Positions 44,458 to 53,846 of a stretch of DNA of 59,931 nt are shown here, one piece after another. Source of the stretch: a virus (taxonomy: Duplodnaviria > Caudoviricetes); the IMG/VR virus record IMGVR_UViG_3300042294_003065, positions 1 through 59,931 of that record. One strand, given 5' to 3'. The position numbers and the translations under genes were made by a program. Numbering within the stretch: the first letter of the stretch is position 1; every line of letters starts with the position of its first letter. The notes under the pieces were generated by a model. That model ran no database searches. It was not told the DNA's origin and worked only from the letters and a program-made list of their open reading frames with translations.

Positions 44458-44643
44458 ATGAGTGATCACATCAAAAGCCCGGTCGAGCTTCAAATCGACC
44501 AACTGGCCGCCTGCAATGTGGGCGGTCGGATTCGGGCGGCGATCTACAAGATCGACAACCAGGAGCCCGGATCGGCCACGCTGATCCTGATGGAGCTGCT
44601 CTGCTTCATCGAGCAGCGCGACCTGCCGGAGGAGGGGAAGTGA
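44458..44643 (+). CDS. Hypothetical protein
   Basis: GAAAGGA RBS. Confidence 0.6.
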   Translation: MSDHIKSPVELQIDQLAACNVGGRIRAAIYKIDNQEPGSATLILMELLCFIEQRDLPEEGK

Positions 44644-45011
44644 AGAACATCACCTCAATCCTCATCGAGCGTGGCGAGGGCCTGCTCGACGACGACGGTG
44701 TGGATGCGGCGGTCGCGGAGACCATCGCGTTTGAGATCATGCACAGCCTGGCGGTTCAGCCGCAGTGTGTCTATGCCGTCACCAGTGACTTCTACTGGGG
44801 CCGCGGCGCGGACCTCGAAGGGGCCATCGCGAGCTGCTACAAGAGCGGCTCGCGGGGCTCCCAGGATGCGGTGATCTACATCTACACCGGCCCGCAAGCG
44901 GAGCTGGACAAGATCACCGTGGATGGCAATGCGGCGATCCACTACCCGCAGACCGTGACCAGCAACCGGGTGGGCAAGGTGAAGCTGCCCATGAAGCAGG
45001 GGGCCAGATGA
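44640..45011 (+). CDS. Hypothetical protein
   Basis: GTGA overlap. Confidence 0.6.
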   Translation: MKNITSILIERGEGLLDDDGVDAAVAETIAFEIMHSLAVQPQCVYAVTSDFYWGRGADLEGAIASCYKSGSRGSQDAVIYIYTGPQAELDKITVDGNAAIHYPQTVTSNRVGKVKLPMKQGAR

Positions 45012-45409
45012 GCATGCCGATCGTCAATGCCGCGCAGATCGCGCTGAGCATGAGGCATGACGGCACCAGCTCGCTGTGCGGCAAGATAGCGGATGCCGCC
45101 GTCCTGCTGGACTCCATCGAGACCGAGATCGTCGATCCCCATCTTGATGGGTGGTCCGGCATGCCCAACGACTGGGAGACGGTATGCGAGCGCATCGCTG
45201 AATACATGAGCGATGGGCCAGTGATGCCGGCTCGCCAGCCTGACCGGGAAGTGATCCTGGGGTTCATCAACCACTCGGAGGCCGAACGGAAGAGGTGCCC
45301 GAAGTGCGGAGGCTCCTGCACAGTGTTTGTGCCGAACCGGAATCCGCTGCATGACAGTGAGATCGAGGTGGCCTGCGATGAGTGCGGTGGCCGCGGCTTC
45401 ATCCGATGA
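45008..45409 (+). CDS. Hypothetical protein with a C-terminal CxxCxGxG zinc finger
   Basis: CPKCGG...CDECGGRG. Confidence 0.65.
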   Translation: MSMPIVNAAQIALSMRHDGTSSLCGKIADAAVLLDSIETEIVDPHLDGWSGMPNDWETVCERIAEYMSDGPVMPARQPDREVILGFINHSEAERKRCPKCGGSCTVFVPNRNPLHDSEIEVACDECGGRGFIR

Positions 45410-45551
45410 AGCGCGCCAATGCCCCGCGCCTGCTGGATGTCCCAGTGGGCAGGAAACAGTGGGACCCGAAAGCCAGGGAGCTGCTCGGGATGTTGAGGAA
45501 AGAGATAGCGAAACCCGCCGCTGATAGTGGCACAAAGAAAGGAAACCAACA

Positions 45552-45821
45552 ATGAGGATACCAGCCAACCTGCTCGATGAGCTGATTGAAAATGAAGGCG
45601 AGCTGAAAAGCGGCCCTGTCGCAACAATGGGAGTGCTCCGGCTTGCGCTGGATCTTCGTGATGCTCGGCGCGCTCAGCGCATGCTGCCGAAGCTGGTGGA
45701 GGCGCTGCAAGCCATGCTGGCGCACACGGAGCCGAACTGTGGGGTAACGTCCACGCAGTCGGTCTGGAATGTGGCGCGGCGCGTCCTCGCCGAAGCCAAC
45801 AACCCGGAGGTGACGAAGTGA
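45552..45821 (+). CDS. Hypothetical protein
   Basis: GAAAGGA RBS. Confidence 0.6.
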   Translation: MRIPANLLDELIENEGELKSGPVATMGVLRLALDLRDARRAQRMLPKLVEALQAMLAHTEPNCGVTSTQSVWNVARRVLAEANNPEVTK

Positions 45822-46705
45822 GCGCCTACGACTGGCTGGAAGCGGTGAAGGACAGCCTCAAGATCAGCCGCGAGAGCCGGAACAGACTGGAGGAAATCCA
45901 GTTCTACTCCGAGTATGCGGAGCCCGGCTACAGTGACCCGAGCAGCGGGATCATTGCAGTGGGGAACTGGAACAACGCTGACAAGCGGAATCCTGCCTTC
46001 GACGACAAGAAGCCCTGCGGTGGGGACAATCAGCTCTGGATCAAGGCTGATGACTACGTGGAGCGCGTCGCTCACGTTCTGGAGAAGCGCTACGGAGCTG
46101 AACTGGAATGGTGCGACGAATGGTGCGGGTGCAGTGAGTGCGACAAGCTCATCCGCACCTCGCCCGACTCATACCAATGGAGCCCGGCGTACTACATGGG
46201 TGATGGGGTGATCCTCTGCTCGGAGTGCGCGAAAGGCAGCGCCGACACCATCCTCGCTGAGTATGAGGGGAATGAGCGTAAGGCGCTGACGCGGGACCTC
46301 GGGATTGATCCGGGTGATCACGGCTACGTCCAGCTTCTCGATAAGCTGGAGAATGGCTTCCATGAGGGCATGGCGGCCGATCCGAAGGTCATCGCCAAGA
46401 GCCTGCGCGAGAAAGGCGTGGAGCGGTTCCTGTTCAGGATTGATGAGCAGAGCCAGTTCTACATCACCTTCTCGTGCTGGGTGCATGAGGATGAGATCGA
46501 GAAGTGCGAGGCGTCTGCTGGCTCCATGAAGGTGGATGCCGATGTGTCGCCGGCTGAGGTGATGAAGCGTGCGCTGAGCACCGGGGAGGGAATGACGACC
46601 ACGGTGATGACGCATGATCTGATCATGCGGTGCCCGAGTCGCATCCTGAGCCCGGATCACTACAACGCGGATGGAAGCTGCAAGTGCAGGGAGGCTCAGC
46701 AGTGA
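45818..46705 (+). CDS. Acidic, Cys-containing hypothetical early protein
   Basis: YAEPGY...GNWN...EWCDEW..C..C.K..RTSPDSY.W pattern. Confidence 0.7.
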   Translation: MSAYDWLEAVKDSLKISRESRNRLEEIQFYSEYAEPGYSDPSSGIIAVGNWNNADKRNPAFDDKKPCGGDNQLWIKADDYVERVAHVLEKRYGAELEWCDEWCGCSECDKLIRTSPDSYQWSPAYYMGDGVILCSECAKGSADTILAEYEGNERKALTRDLGIDPGDHGYVQLLDKLENGFHEGMAADPKVIAKSLREKGVERFLFRIDEQSQFYITFSCWVHEDEIEKCEASAGSMKVDADVSPAEVMKRALSTGEGMTTTVMTHDLIMRCPSRILSPDHYNADGSCKCREAQQ

Positions 46706-46751
46706 AGATGATCGAAGAGTGGGAGATCGCTCTGGAGATCGAGGAGGAGGA

Positions 46752-46976
46752 ATGAGCCCAGTCCCTCCGCAAGAAGAGCTGGATAAGGCTCAGGCGCTCG
46801 CCAATGAGCGCGGTGAAAGCGCGTGGCTGTCTGTGGGGATGCCCCTCACATACGGCGGGCCGATCAAGTGGAGAATCGTGATGCAATCACAGCTCTCTCC
46901 GATCGCCGCCCACTGCGCCCACATAGAAGTGAAACCCGCTGCCGATGTGCAGCACAAAGAGAAAGGACAGAAGTAA
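46752..46976 (+). CDS. Hypothetical protein
   Basis: GGAGG RBS. Confidence 0.5.
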   Translation: MSPVPPQEELDKAQALANERGESAWLSVGMPLTYGGPIKWRIVMQSQLSPIAAHCAHIEVKPAADVQHKEKGQK

Positions 46977-46977
46977 T

Positions 46978-47265
46978 ATGAACTACCACATAACAGTCAA
47001 CGGGGTGCCTCATTGTCAGGCCCCTATTTATCAACTCAGTAAGGCTGCCGGTCTTACCGCCAAGCAGATGTGCGAATGCTCGTGCGCCTGCGGATACGGA
47101 TCGCGACTGGAAGAGGCAGATCGCGATGCGGCTAAGCTGGCCGCTGCGCTGCCGGATGCGAAAGTGTATGTCGTGGAGGGACAGTGCCGCGAAGACTCAT
47201 GGTGGAGCACGCCAGAGGGCCGCGCCGCCATCGAATCCGAGAACTGGCTGGAGGAGAACAGATGA
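46978..47265 (+). CDS. Hypothetical protein
   Basis: GAAAGGA RBS. Confidence 0.55.
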   Translation: MNYHITVNGVPHCQAPIYQLSKAAGLTAKQMCECSCACGYGSRLEEADRDAAKLAAALPDAKVYVVEGQCREDSWWSTPEGRAAIESENWLEENR

Positions 47266-48035
47266 GCAGCAACTACGCAGGAATCGACTGGTCCGGCCCC
47301 GGCTCGACCACCAACCGCGATGTGGCCACCGGCATCCGCTACGGCGTCATCAGCCAGAACTCCATCCAGTCCGATGTGATGTCGGGCATCTGGCAGGAGT
47401 CCCGTGATCTCAGCTATGAGGCCGCGAAAGAGGAGCTGGAAAACTCCATCTATCGCGTGATGCAAAACGCGGAAGATGAAGATCGCAAGGATGGCCTCAA
47501 GTCCGCCCTTGGCGACCTCTACTACGGGGATCGCCGCAGCGCAGAGCTGGAGGATGCGTGTGGCGAGATTATCGACATCTGGGACGAGTTCCTTGGCGAC
47601 ACGCTCACGGAGGCCGACAGGCTGGCCATCTGGGAGGTGGTCTCGGATCGCTTCGGCGACACCTACGAATCCGGCGACGGTCACGACTGGCTCTGGGAGA
47701 AGGACGGCTACACGCTGTCGAACTGTCTGCAATCGGACGTGTTCGTGGGCAAGTCGCCTTACTTCACCTATGCGCAGTTCTGCTCTCCGTGTGTGCCGGG
47801 AGCAGGGAATCTGGATAACTCCTACGAGCCGCAAGGCAAGTCCAAGGAGCAGATCGAGACCGTGAAGCATGTCGCCCCGCTGGCCCTCGGCGAGGCGATC
47901 AAGAGCTGGGCGGAGCAGGATGGCTACCCGCAGGTCTTCTGCCTCGGCCACGACTTCTTCGACAACGAAGAGGCTCCGTATCCGGTCTTCAGTGTCGCCA
48001 CTGGGAAGCGGGTCCTGCCGGGAGGTGAAGAATGA
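47262..48035 (+). CDS. Acidic hypothetical early protein
   Basis: TGIRYGVI...KSPYFTYAQFCSPCVPGAGNL...CLGHDFF. Confidence 0.7.
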   Translation: MSSNYAGIDWSGPGSTTNRDVATGIRYGVISQNSIQSDVMSGIWQESRDLSYEAAKEELENSIYRVMQNAEDEDRKDGLKSALGDLYYGDRRSAELEDACGEIIDIWDEFLGDTLTEADRLAIWEVVSDRFGDTYESGDGHDWLWEKDGYTLSNCLQSDVFVGKSPYFTYAQFCSPCVPGAGNLDNSYEPQGKSKEQIETVKHVAPLALGEAIKSWAEQDGYPQVFCLGHDFFDNEEAPYPVFSVATGKRVLPGGEE

Positions 48036-48475
48036 GAACTCACGGAAGATCGCCGAAGGGGCTGTATAACACATGGAGTTCCATGAAGGATCGCTGCTCG
48101 AATCCACTTCACATAAGGTGGGCCAGATACGGCGGGCGCGGGATTACCGTATGTCCAGACTGGCATCCGTTCGTTAAGTTCAGAGCGTGGGCGCTGTCGA
48201 ATGGGTGGAAGTCTGGTCTGGAGATCGACCGAATAAACAACGACGGGGACTACACCCCTGAGAATTGCCGCTTCGTGTCGAAGGTCGTCAATAACCAGAA
48301 TAGGTCGGATACCAAGCTGACCGCCGCCATTGCCGCCGAGATCAAAAAGGCAGCGTCCGCAGCGGGCGCTAACTGCCACGCCATCGGTAGGGAATACGGC
48401 GTGTCGAAGACACTGGTTCGCCTGATTCGCGACGGCAAGTGCTGGCGTGAAGAGAAGGTGGAGGCGGAGCAGTGA
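48032..48475 (+). CDS. HNH-type homing endonuclease-like protein with a C-terminal HTH
   Basis: YNTW.SMK.RC...YGGRGITVC..W..F...IDRINNDGDY.PENCR...Q.N signature. Confidence 0.85.
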   Translation: MRTHGRSPKGLYNTWSSMKDRCSNPLHIRWARYGGRGITVCPDWHPFVKFRAWALSNGWKSGLEIDRINNDGDYTPENCRFVSKVVNNQNRSDTKLTAAIAAEIKKAASAAGANCHAIGREYGVSKTLVRLIRDGKCWREEKVEAEQ

Positions 48476-48753
48476 AACTCGTCACCTTCATGGCGAAAGC
48501 CTGCCACTACGCGCAGAGTCACATCGACGATGCCGATGCGTGGCCCACAGATAGGCACGAGCGCGAGGATTACTTGCAATGCGTGTCGATGCAGATGGCC
48601 TGCTTCTTCGCTCAAAACACCCCGCTGGGTGACGAGGGCGTGGAGTGGGAGATCGTGCTGGAGGAACTGGCCGCGCACCCAATGAAGTCGGTGAAGAAGT
48701 GGGAGCAGATCCTCGGAGGAATCGCAAGGAAGCTAGGGGGATGGAAGCAGTGA
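48472..48753 (+). CDS. Hypothetical protein
   Basis: Overlap chain. Confidence 0.55.
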   Translation: MKLVTFMAKACHYAQSHIDDADAWPTDRHEREDYLQCVSMQMACFFAQNTPLGDEGVEWEIVLEELAAHPMKSVKKWEQILGGIARKLGGWKQ

Positions 48754-49016
48754 GCGCAATGGTCACAGACCCGCCAGCTCCGGATGCGGTGATAGCGGCA
48801 CTGGAGCACGTCCGATCCATCTTTCCAGAGGTGGTGATGGTTGTGTTTCAGCGAGACACACGCTGGCAGTATATGGGACAGGATTTCGATCACCCGGTCT
48901 TCGACGACCGGGTGAATACCGGAATCCTTGAGGATGCCTCGGCGGCCGTGGAAGAGTTCCCGGCCGTGTTCGAGGTGGTGCCGGAGGAAGAACAAGTAAC
49001 CAAGAAAGGAAACTGA
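48750..49016 (+). CDS. Hypothetical protein
   Basis: Overlap chain. Confidence 0.55.
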   Translation: MSAMVTDPPAPDAVIAALEHVRSIFPEVVMVVFQRDTRWQYMGQDFDHPVFDDRVNTGILEDASAAVEEFPAVFEVVPEEEQVTKKGN

Positions 49017-49020
49017 AAGT

Positions 49021-49596
49021 ATGAGCGAACATATCGAAGAGGAGTTCACGGTGGGTCGGTGCAACGTGAAGATCATCCGGGACAGTGATGCTCAGTCGCC
49101 GTCTGAATACGGTGACGAGGGCCTGTTCATCGTGGCGAACCACCGGCAGTTCTACGTCCCGGAGCCGGGCGAGAAGCGCTGCCCGGAAGACCCGGATGAG
49201 GTGGTCGAGCGCTACAAGAAGACCCACTGGATCTTCCCGCTGGAGGCTTACATCCACAGCGGGGTGCATCTGTCCTTTGGGCGTGAAGGCAACTACCCGG
49301 ATCGCAGGTGGGATGTATCCCAGGTGGGATTCGTCTTCGCCAGCAAGAAGGAGTGGCGCTTGAGCAAGAAGGCTCGGGAGGCGGCGAAGTCCAAGATCGA
49401 CGAGTGGAACCAGTATCTCTCCGGGGATGTCTGGGGCTACGTCGTGGAGGACGAGCGTGGTGTTTCTTTGGATAGCGTCTGGGGATTCTACGGGATCGAA
49501 TACTGCAAGGAGCAGGCCCGCGAAATCGCGGAGCACTACTCCAGGAAGTGCGAGACGATCGAAATGGAGACCGCGATGGCGGAGACGATGCCGTGA
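49021..49596 (+). CDS. Acidic conserved phage early protein
   Basis: PL..Y.HSG...WD.SQVGF...QYL.GDVWGY.VE...DS.WGFYG pattern. Confidence 0.72.
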   Translation: MSEHIEEEFTVGRCNVKIIRDSDAQSPSEYGDEGLFIVANHRQFYVPEPGEKRCPEDPDEVVERYKKTHWIFPLEAYIHSGVHLSFGREGNYPDRRWDVSQVGFVFASKKEWRLSKKAREAAKSKIDEWNQYLSGDVWGYVVEDERGVSLDSVWGFYGIEYCKEQAREIAEHYSRKCETIEMETAMAETMP

Positions 49597-49638
49597 AAGC
49601 CGCGGATGCGCTTAAATCTAACCAAGAAAGAACCAAAA

Positions 49639-50067
49639 ATGGGTCAATCCAATAATCGCTGTGCATCCGTTACGGGTGCAGGCTTCTGTCTGCAATGCCT
49701 GCTGAGTGAGGGGCATGAAGGGGATCATCAGTTCGATCCAATGAAGAACTTCGACCACGACCCTCGCTTCGATGAGGGCGGGGAGTTCCACGAGGAAGCA
49801 AATGGCGACGAGCAGATGCCGGAGTCCATTCAGGATGACGGCAGCATTGCTGTGCCGACTGCAAATTTGCAGCCGAGCCCATCCCTCGCCTGGCGCACGC
49901 TGGGTGTGGCCCAGAACATAGTGAAGCGGGTGGCGGATAGCATCTGCTCGCTCGGCGGCGGGCCGCTCGACAAGAACCAGGCGTATCTGGACCTTCAGAG
50001 CGCCATCGGCATGATGGAGACCGCTCTGGATGCCCTGCGCGCTCACGAGGATGAGGGGGGTCAATGA
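49639..50067 (+). CDS. Hypothetical protein (contains a palindrome copy at 49859-49872)
   Basis: C...C.L..GH.G.H motif. Confidence 0.6.
   Translation: MGQSNNRCASVTGAGFCLQCLLSEGHEGDHQFDPMKNFDHDPRFDEGGEFHEEANGDEQMPESIQDDGSIAVPTANLQPSPSLAWRTLGVAQNIVKRVADSICSLGGGPLDKNQAYLDLQSAIGMMETALDALRAHEDEGGQ
49859..49872. promoter_or_regulatory. Palindrome CTGCAAATTTGCAG
   Basis: Read directly from the sequence. Confidence 0.7.
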
Positions 50068-50118
50068 GCCTACATAGGAACCGATTGCTTAATGCTCATA
50101 GCGGTGCATTATGTGCGA

Positions 50119-50556
50119 ATGAAAAGGAAACCAGAACGAGAGTCGGAGTGTGCCGTTTGCAAGAGGCCATTCCGGTCGGCATTATCATGGCAACGATTCT
50201 GCGGATCGGTGTGCCGCAATCGAAACCAAAACGGAGGACTAACATCCGGCCTTCAAGCGTCCACCGGGACCATTGGAGCGGTCGCCGAACTGCGAGTGGC
50301 TGCGGATTTAATGACCGCCGGCTACGAGTGTTATCGGGCGCTGAGTCAGTCATCGAGCAGCGATCTGATGGCCCTCAAGGACGGGCTTGTGTTTCGCTTC
50401 GAGATCAAATCGGCGGTGCGCCTGAAATCGGGCGGGGTCTCATTCCAAAAAGCAAACATCAGGGCCGAGAACGTGGCGCTGTTCATACACCGAGAATCGC
50501 TGGTGGTTTTGATTCCGGAAATTCCGGTTCCGCTTCAAGCTGCGCCTTCTCCGTAG
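50119..50556 (+). CDS. PD-(D/E)XK endonuclease with an N-terminal zinc finger
   Basis: CAVCKRPF...FCGSVC; GAVAE..V...L...GY...DL.A......EIKS. Confidence 0.75.
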   Translation: MKRKPERESECAVCKRPFRSALSWQRFCGSVCRNRNQNGGLTSGLQASTGTIGAVAELRVAADLMTAGYECYRALSQSSSSDLMALKDGLVFRFEIKSAVRLKSGGVSFQKANIRAENVALFIHRESLVVLIPEIPVPLQAAPSP

Positions 50557-50575
50557 AGCGGATCGGAGGGAGGCG

Positions 50576-50794
50576 ATGAGCGCCACCCTCGCCGAAATGG
50601 AGGAGAGACAGCAGGAGTTGGTCTCGCAGCGTGATCAGGCGGAAGACGATGCCGCCTTCTACAAGGCCATGTTCGCTCGGGCTCGGTGCGGGTGCATTCA
50701 GAGAGACTGCACGCTGCATGGGGCGTGGGCCGCGGAGGACATCGACCGGCTGATGGCGGCCGGGCTGCTGAGTCCGAGGGAGGCATCCAGGTGA
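50576..50794 (+). CDS. Hypothetical protein
   Basis: GGAGG RBS. Confidence 0.55.
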   Translation: MSATLAEMEERQQELVSQRDQAEDDAAFYKAMFARARCGCIQRDCTLHGAWAAEDIDRLMAAGLLSPREASR

Positions 50795-50991
50795 GTGCTC
50801 CTCTGACCAAGGAGCAGGTGGAGGCGTATCTCAACGCCTCGCATCTGTGTCCCTACTGCAAGTCCAACCGGATCGAAGCTGGGGATAAGGACTACTCGGG
50901 CAATGGTATCTCGCAGGAAATCGAGTGTCTGAGCTGCGAGAGGCGGTGGACCGACATCTACGAGCTGGTGAGTGTAGAGGGGGTCGAATGA
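50791..50991 (+). CDS. Zinc-ribbon protein
   Basis: CPYCKS...CLSCERRWTDIY. Confidence 0.65.
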   Translation: MSAPLTKEQVEAYLNASHLCPYCKSNRIEAGDKDYSGNGISQEIECLSCERRWTDIYELVSVEGVE

Positions 50992-51218
50992 GCGACTTCA
51001 AGAAAGGCGACCGTGTGTGCTATGCGGCGAAGTTCCTGAACTCGATCGGCGAATACTCGAAAGAGGCCGCGGATCAAGTCGGTGTGGTCACGGAGATCAG
51101 GGACTATGACCTGAAGCATCCGGTCCTGCACGTCCGGTGGGGTGGGGAGGATGAGGATCGGAGCGGTCTCGCCTGCAACTTCATCCATGCTGATCGGAAG
51201 CATCTGGAGCCACGATGA
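50988..51218 (+). CDS. Small SH3/KOW-like protein
   Basis: FKKGDRV...GVV.....V.W. Confidence 0.55.
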   Translation: MSDFKKGDRVCYAAKFLNSIGEYSKEAADQVGVVTEIRDYDLKHPVLHVRWGGEDEDRSGLACNFIHADRKHLEPR

Positions 51219-51514
51219 GAAAGCTCACCGCCGCGCAGTTCGCGGAGAAGTATCCGGACGCTGAGATCAATGAGAGCTGCCTGCTGAACATCGCCTGCTC
51301 GACATGCGGAAACCGCGTGAAGTTCAGGATCGAGTCGAAGATCACCGCCGAAGTGACCGATGATGGCACTGATCGGGATGAGAGTGACTGTGAGTGGGAT
51401 GAAGACTCGGAGTGTAACTGTGAGTGCGGTGAGGCCGGAAAACTCCATCGCTTCACCATCGCGGGTCTGGATGACCTGCTGGAAGAGAAACAACAAACAG
51501 AGAAAGACCAATAA
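51215..51514 (+). CDS. Acidic zinc-ribbon protein
   Basis: CL.NIAC..CG...F.I...EWDE.S.C.C.CG..G. Confidence 0.6.
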   Translation: MRKLTAAQFAEKYPDAEINESCLLNIACSTCGNRVKFRIESKITAEVTDDGTDRDESDCEWDEDSECNCECGEAGKLHRFTIAGLDDLLEEKQQTEKDQ

Positions 51515-51515
51515 C

Positions 51516-52322
51516 ATGAGTGAACCAAAACCAATGGCGGGCTTCCGCGTAGTGCGGCTGCCCTTCTTCCCTGGCTTCTACGAGTCGATGCTTTCGGGCG
51601 CGATGGACAGCTACGGGGAGCGGGAGGCTGAATACATGGCCGACCGGGAGATTCCGGTGCAGAAGATGGAGCCACAGACCCTCGTGCTCAGCGCTGAGGA
51701 TGGCGAGAATCCCGAGTGGCAGCCGGCGCATCTGAGGATCAGCGCCTCGGAGTATTCGGAGCTGTTCTACGACTGCTGCAACTACCAACTGGTCTATCAT
51801 AAGATCGCCCAGTTCTGGGTGGAAGCATTCGACTGGTGGTGCAAGGAGAACATTGGCACCCCGGAGAAGTCCTTTCTCTGGGAGTCGATGACCTCTCCGC
51901 GGGAGTACAACTTCACGACCGACGTGGTGTATGCCTACGTCCCGGAGGCGGTGCTGGAGTCGCTCTTTGCCAAGAGCGCGGCCGAGGGACACAAGACGCT
52001 GGCGCAGGTCATCAAGGACAGCTTCACCAGCTACGATGGCTTCATCTCGTTCTACTCGAACGACATTGAGACGTGGCTGGAGAAGGGCTTCGCCGAGTGG
52101 GATTACAACGAGCTGGGATCGTTGGTCGCCGCAGCCATCATCGGCTGTGAGGAGTTTGAGAGCCGTGGGGATTTCTCCATGACGATCTACGAGATCCTCT
52201 TCTCGGGCAACAACGAGGACGGAGAAGCCTTCGATGCCGGTATGGACTGGCCGAAGTTCGAGGAGAAAGTGAAAGAGCTGCGGGCCGAGAAGGCTGCGGA
52301 GCATGAAAACGAAACCAAGTAA
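51516..52322 (+). CDS. Acidic, aromatic-rich conserved phage early protein
   Basis: PFFPGFYES...SPREYNFTTD...FTSYDGFISFYSND. Confidence 0.72.
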   Translation: MSEPKPMAGFRVVRLPFFPGFYESMLSGAMDSYGEREAEYMADREIPVQKMEPQTLVLSAEDGENPEWQPAHLRISASEYSELFYDCCNYQLVYHKIAQFWVEAFDWWCKENIGTPEKSFLWESMTSPREYNFTTDVVYAYVPEAVLESLFAKSAAEGHKTLAQVIKDSFTSYDGFISFYSNDIETWLEKGFAEWDYNELGSLVAAAIIGCEEFESRGDFSMTIYEILFSGNNEDGEAFDAGMDWPKFEEKVKELRAEKAAEHENETK

Positions 52323-52335
52323 CGAAAGGAACAAC

Positions 52336-52569
52336 ATGAAGACAATCGCATCAGAAGAGTTCGAGTTCAAAACCCGGTATCTCAAGCAGGCCAGCTCCGG
52401 CACCTACTTTGTGGGTGTGCAAAATGGCGGGTCGCGCGGCAGCCATCAGCCTGCGGATCAGGTCAATGGCAACTGGGGGTTCTGGCATGAGCCACTTCAC
52501 GCCATCAGCGATGATGAGGCGGAGGCTATCGCGGATGAGATGGGGGTCGAGCTGAACGCGGCGAAGTAA
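52336..52569 (+). CDS. Hypothetical protein
   Basis: GAAAGGA RBS. Confidence 0.55.
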   Translation: MKTIASEEFEFKTRYLKQASSGTYFVGVQNGGSRGSHQPADQVNGNWGFWHEPLHAISDDEAEAIADEMGVELNAAK

Positions 52570-52591
52570 CAACGAAAGGAACCAAGACAGT

Positions 52592-53317
52592 ATGAAAATA
52601 GGAACACTGGAGTTCAAGTGGACTGTCTCGCGTGGGCGGGACAGCTACGGCTACAACATCTGCACGCTCTTCCTCGATGGCGAGAAGGTGGCGCGCTGCA
52701 ATGGCGGTGGCTACGACATGAAGGGGACGTGCCTCGGGGACTTCATCGCTGATCGGTTCGCCGACCGGCTGCTGAAGCTCAAAGAGAAGAGCATGCCGGA
52801 GCAATCTCATTGGGAGCCAAGCAACAAGCGCCGCTGCGCCAACCTGGACTGCTTGCTCGCCAAGCATGACGTTGGTGCGCCGGAGGAGCTGTTCGCGCCC
52901 GATGTGATGGAGTGTCCCTACTGCCACGGGGCGACGCGGGCTGCCTCGAACGACGGCAAGCAGGTTGTTACCGGCCGGTCCTTCTATGGGCTGCGCTACA
53001 TCAATCCGACGTTCGATCCGGGCAAGGCTGTGGTGAAGCACGCGCCTGTCTTTGGTAAGGACGATGACGCAGGCAAGACCGTGGCCGTGCTGGAGAAGGA
53101 GGGTAAGAGCCTCGGGCTGGAGCGCTATCAGGCGTTCTGGTCTGCGACCTCCAAATTCCCCACGAGGAAACACCGCATCCCGTCCATCGACGGAGCCTGC
53201 GGGATGTCCTCGGTGCAGGAGATCATGCGGGCCATCAAGCTGGACATCGAGTATGTCCCCACCAAGGGAAGCAACTCGATCTACCTGCTGCATGATCACA
53301 AGAGGAGCCGGCGGTAG
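52592..53317 (+). CDS. Conserved hypothetical phage protein
   Basis: SRGRD.YGYNICTL...C.GGGYDM.GT...IDGACG.SSV. Confidence 0.7.
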   Translation: MKIGTLEFKWTVSRGRDSYGYNICTLFLDGEKVARCNGGGYDMKGTCLGDFIADRFADRLLKLKEKSMPEQSHWEPSNKRRCANLDCLLAKHDVGAPEELFAPDVMECPYCHGATRAASNDGKQVVTGRSFYGLRYINPTFDPGKAVVKHAPVFGKDDDAGKTVAVLEKEGKSLGLERYQAFWSATSKFPTRKHRIPSIDGACGMSSVQEIMRAIKLDIEYVPTKGSNSIYLLHDHKRSRR

Positions 53318-53424
53318 ATGTCGCGCAAGCAGGCATCCGACAAAATCCTCCGCATCGTCGAGGTGACGATCGAGGTGGTGGGATTGGTGGTGATGATAAT
53401 CCCACTTATTCTGAGGAGGAGGAA

Positions 53425-53658
53425 GTGATCGCCATTCGTGTCTGCGCGGAAGCGGGTAGCGCGGTTCGGATGTTCAAAATCAAGGAGGACCCGTATGGGG
53501 CGTCCTTGATTGATGTGGAGAGCGGTCTTGCGGTGACGCTCGACTGGAATGGAGAAGAAGTGAAAGCATTCATCACTGCCGAGGGGCAGGATGAGCCGAC
53601 CCACATGCACATCATGCGGGTCGTTAAACCAAACAAGAAAGGCAACAAAAACCAATGA
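53425..53658 (+). CDS. Hypothetical protein
   Basis: GGAGG RBS. Confidence 0.5.
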   Translation: MIAIRVCAEAGSAVRMFKIKEDPYGASLIDVESGLAVTLDWNGEEVKAFITAEGQDEPTHMHIMRVVKPNKKGNKNQ

Positions 53659-53846
53659 CAACAACACTGATCGCCCATCTCGGGCACTCAATGCACCTCC
53701 ACTCTGCCGACCTGCTCGGCATCGTGGTCCTGTCCACCCTGATCTACTGGGCTGCGCTCTATGTGCAGCGGCCCAGGAGGGTGACTGCGGGGCGCATCAG
53801 GGCGCTGCGTGAATACGTTCACGCCATCGGTCGGAGGTCGAAATGA
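53655..53846 (+). CDS. Small membrane protein
   Basis: LLGIVVLSTLIYWAALYV hydrophobic segment. Confidence 0.55.
   Translation: MTTTLIAHLGHSMHLHSADLLGIVVLSTLIYWAALYVQRPRRVTAGRIRALREYVHAIGRRSK

Noticed and set aside
796-49872. Palindrome copies as a CRISPR array or transposon ends
   Set aside because: Copies are hundreds to thousands of bases apart with no regular spacers, cas genes or transposase.
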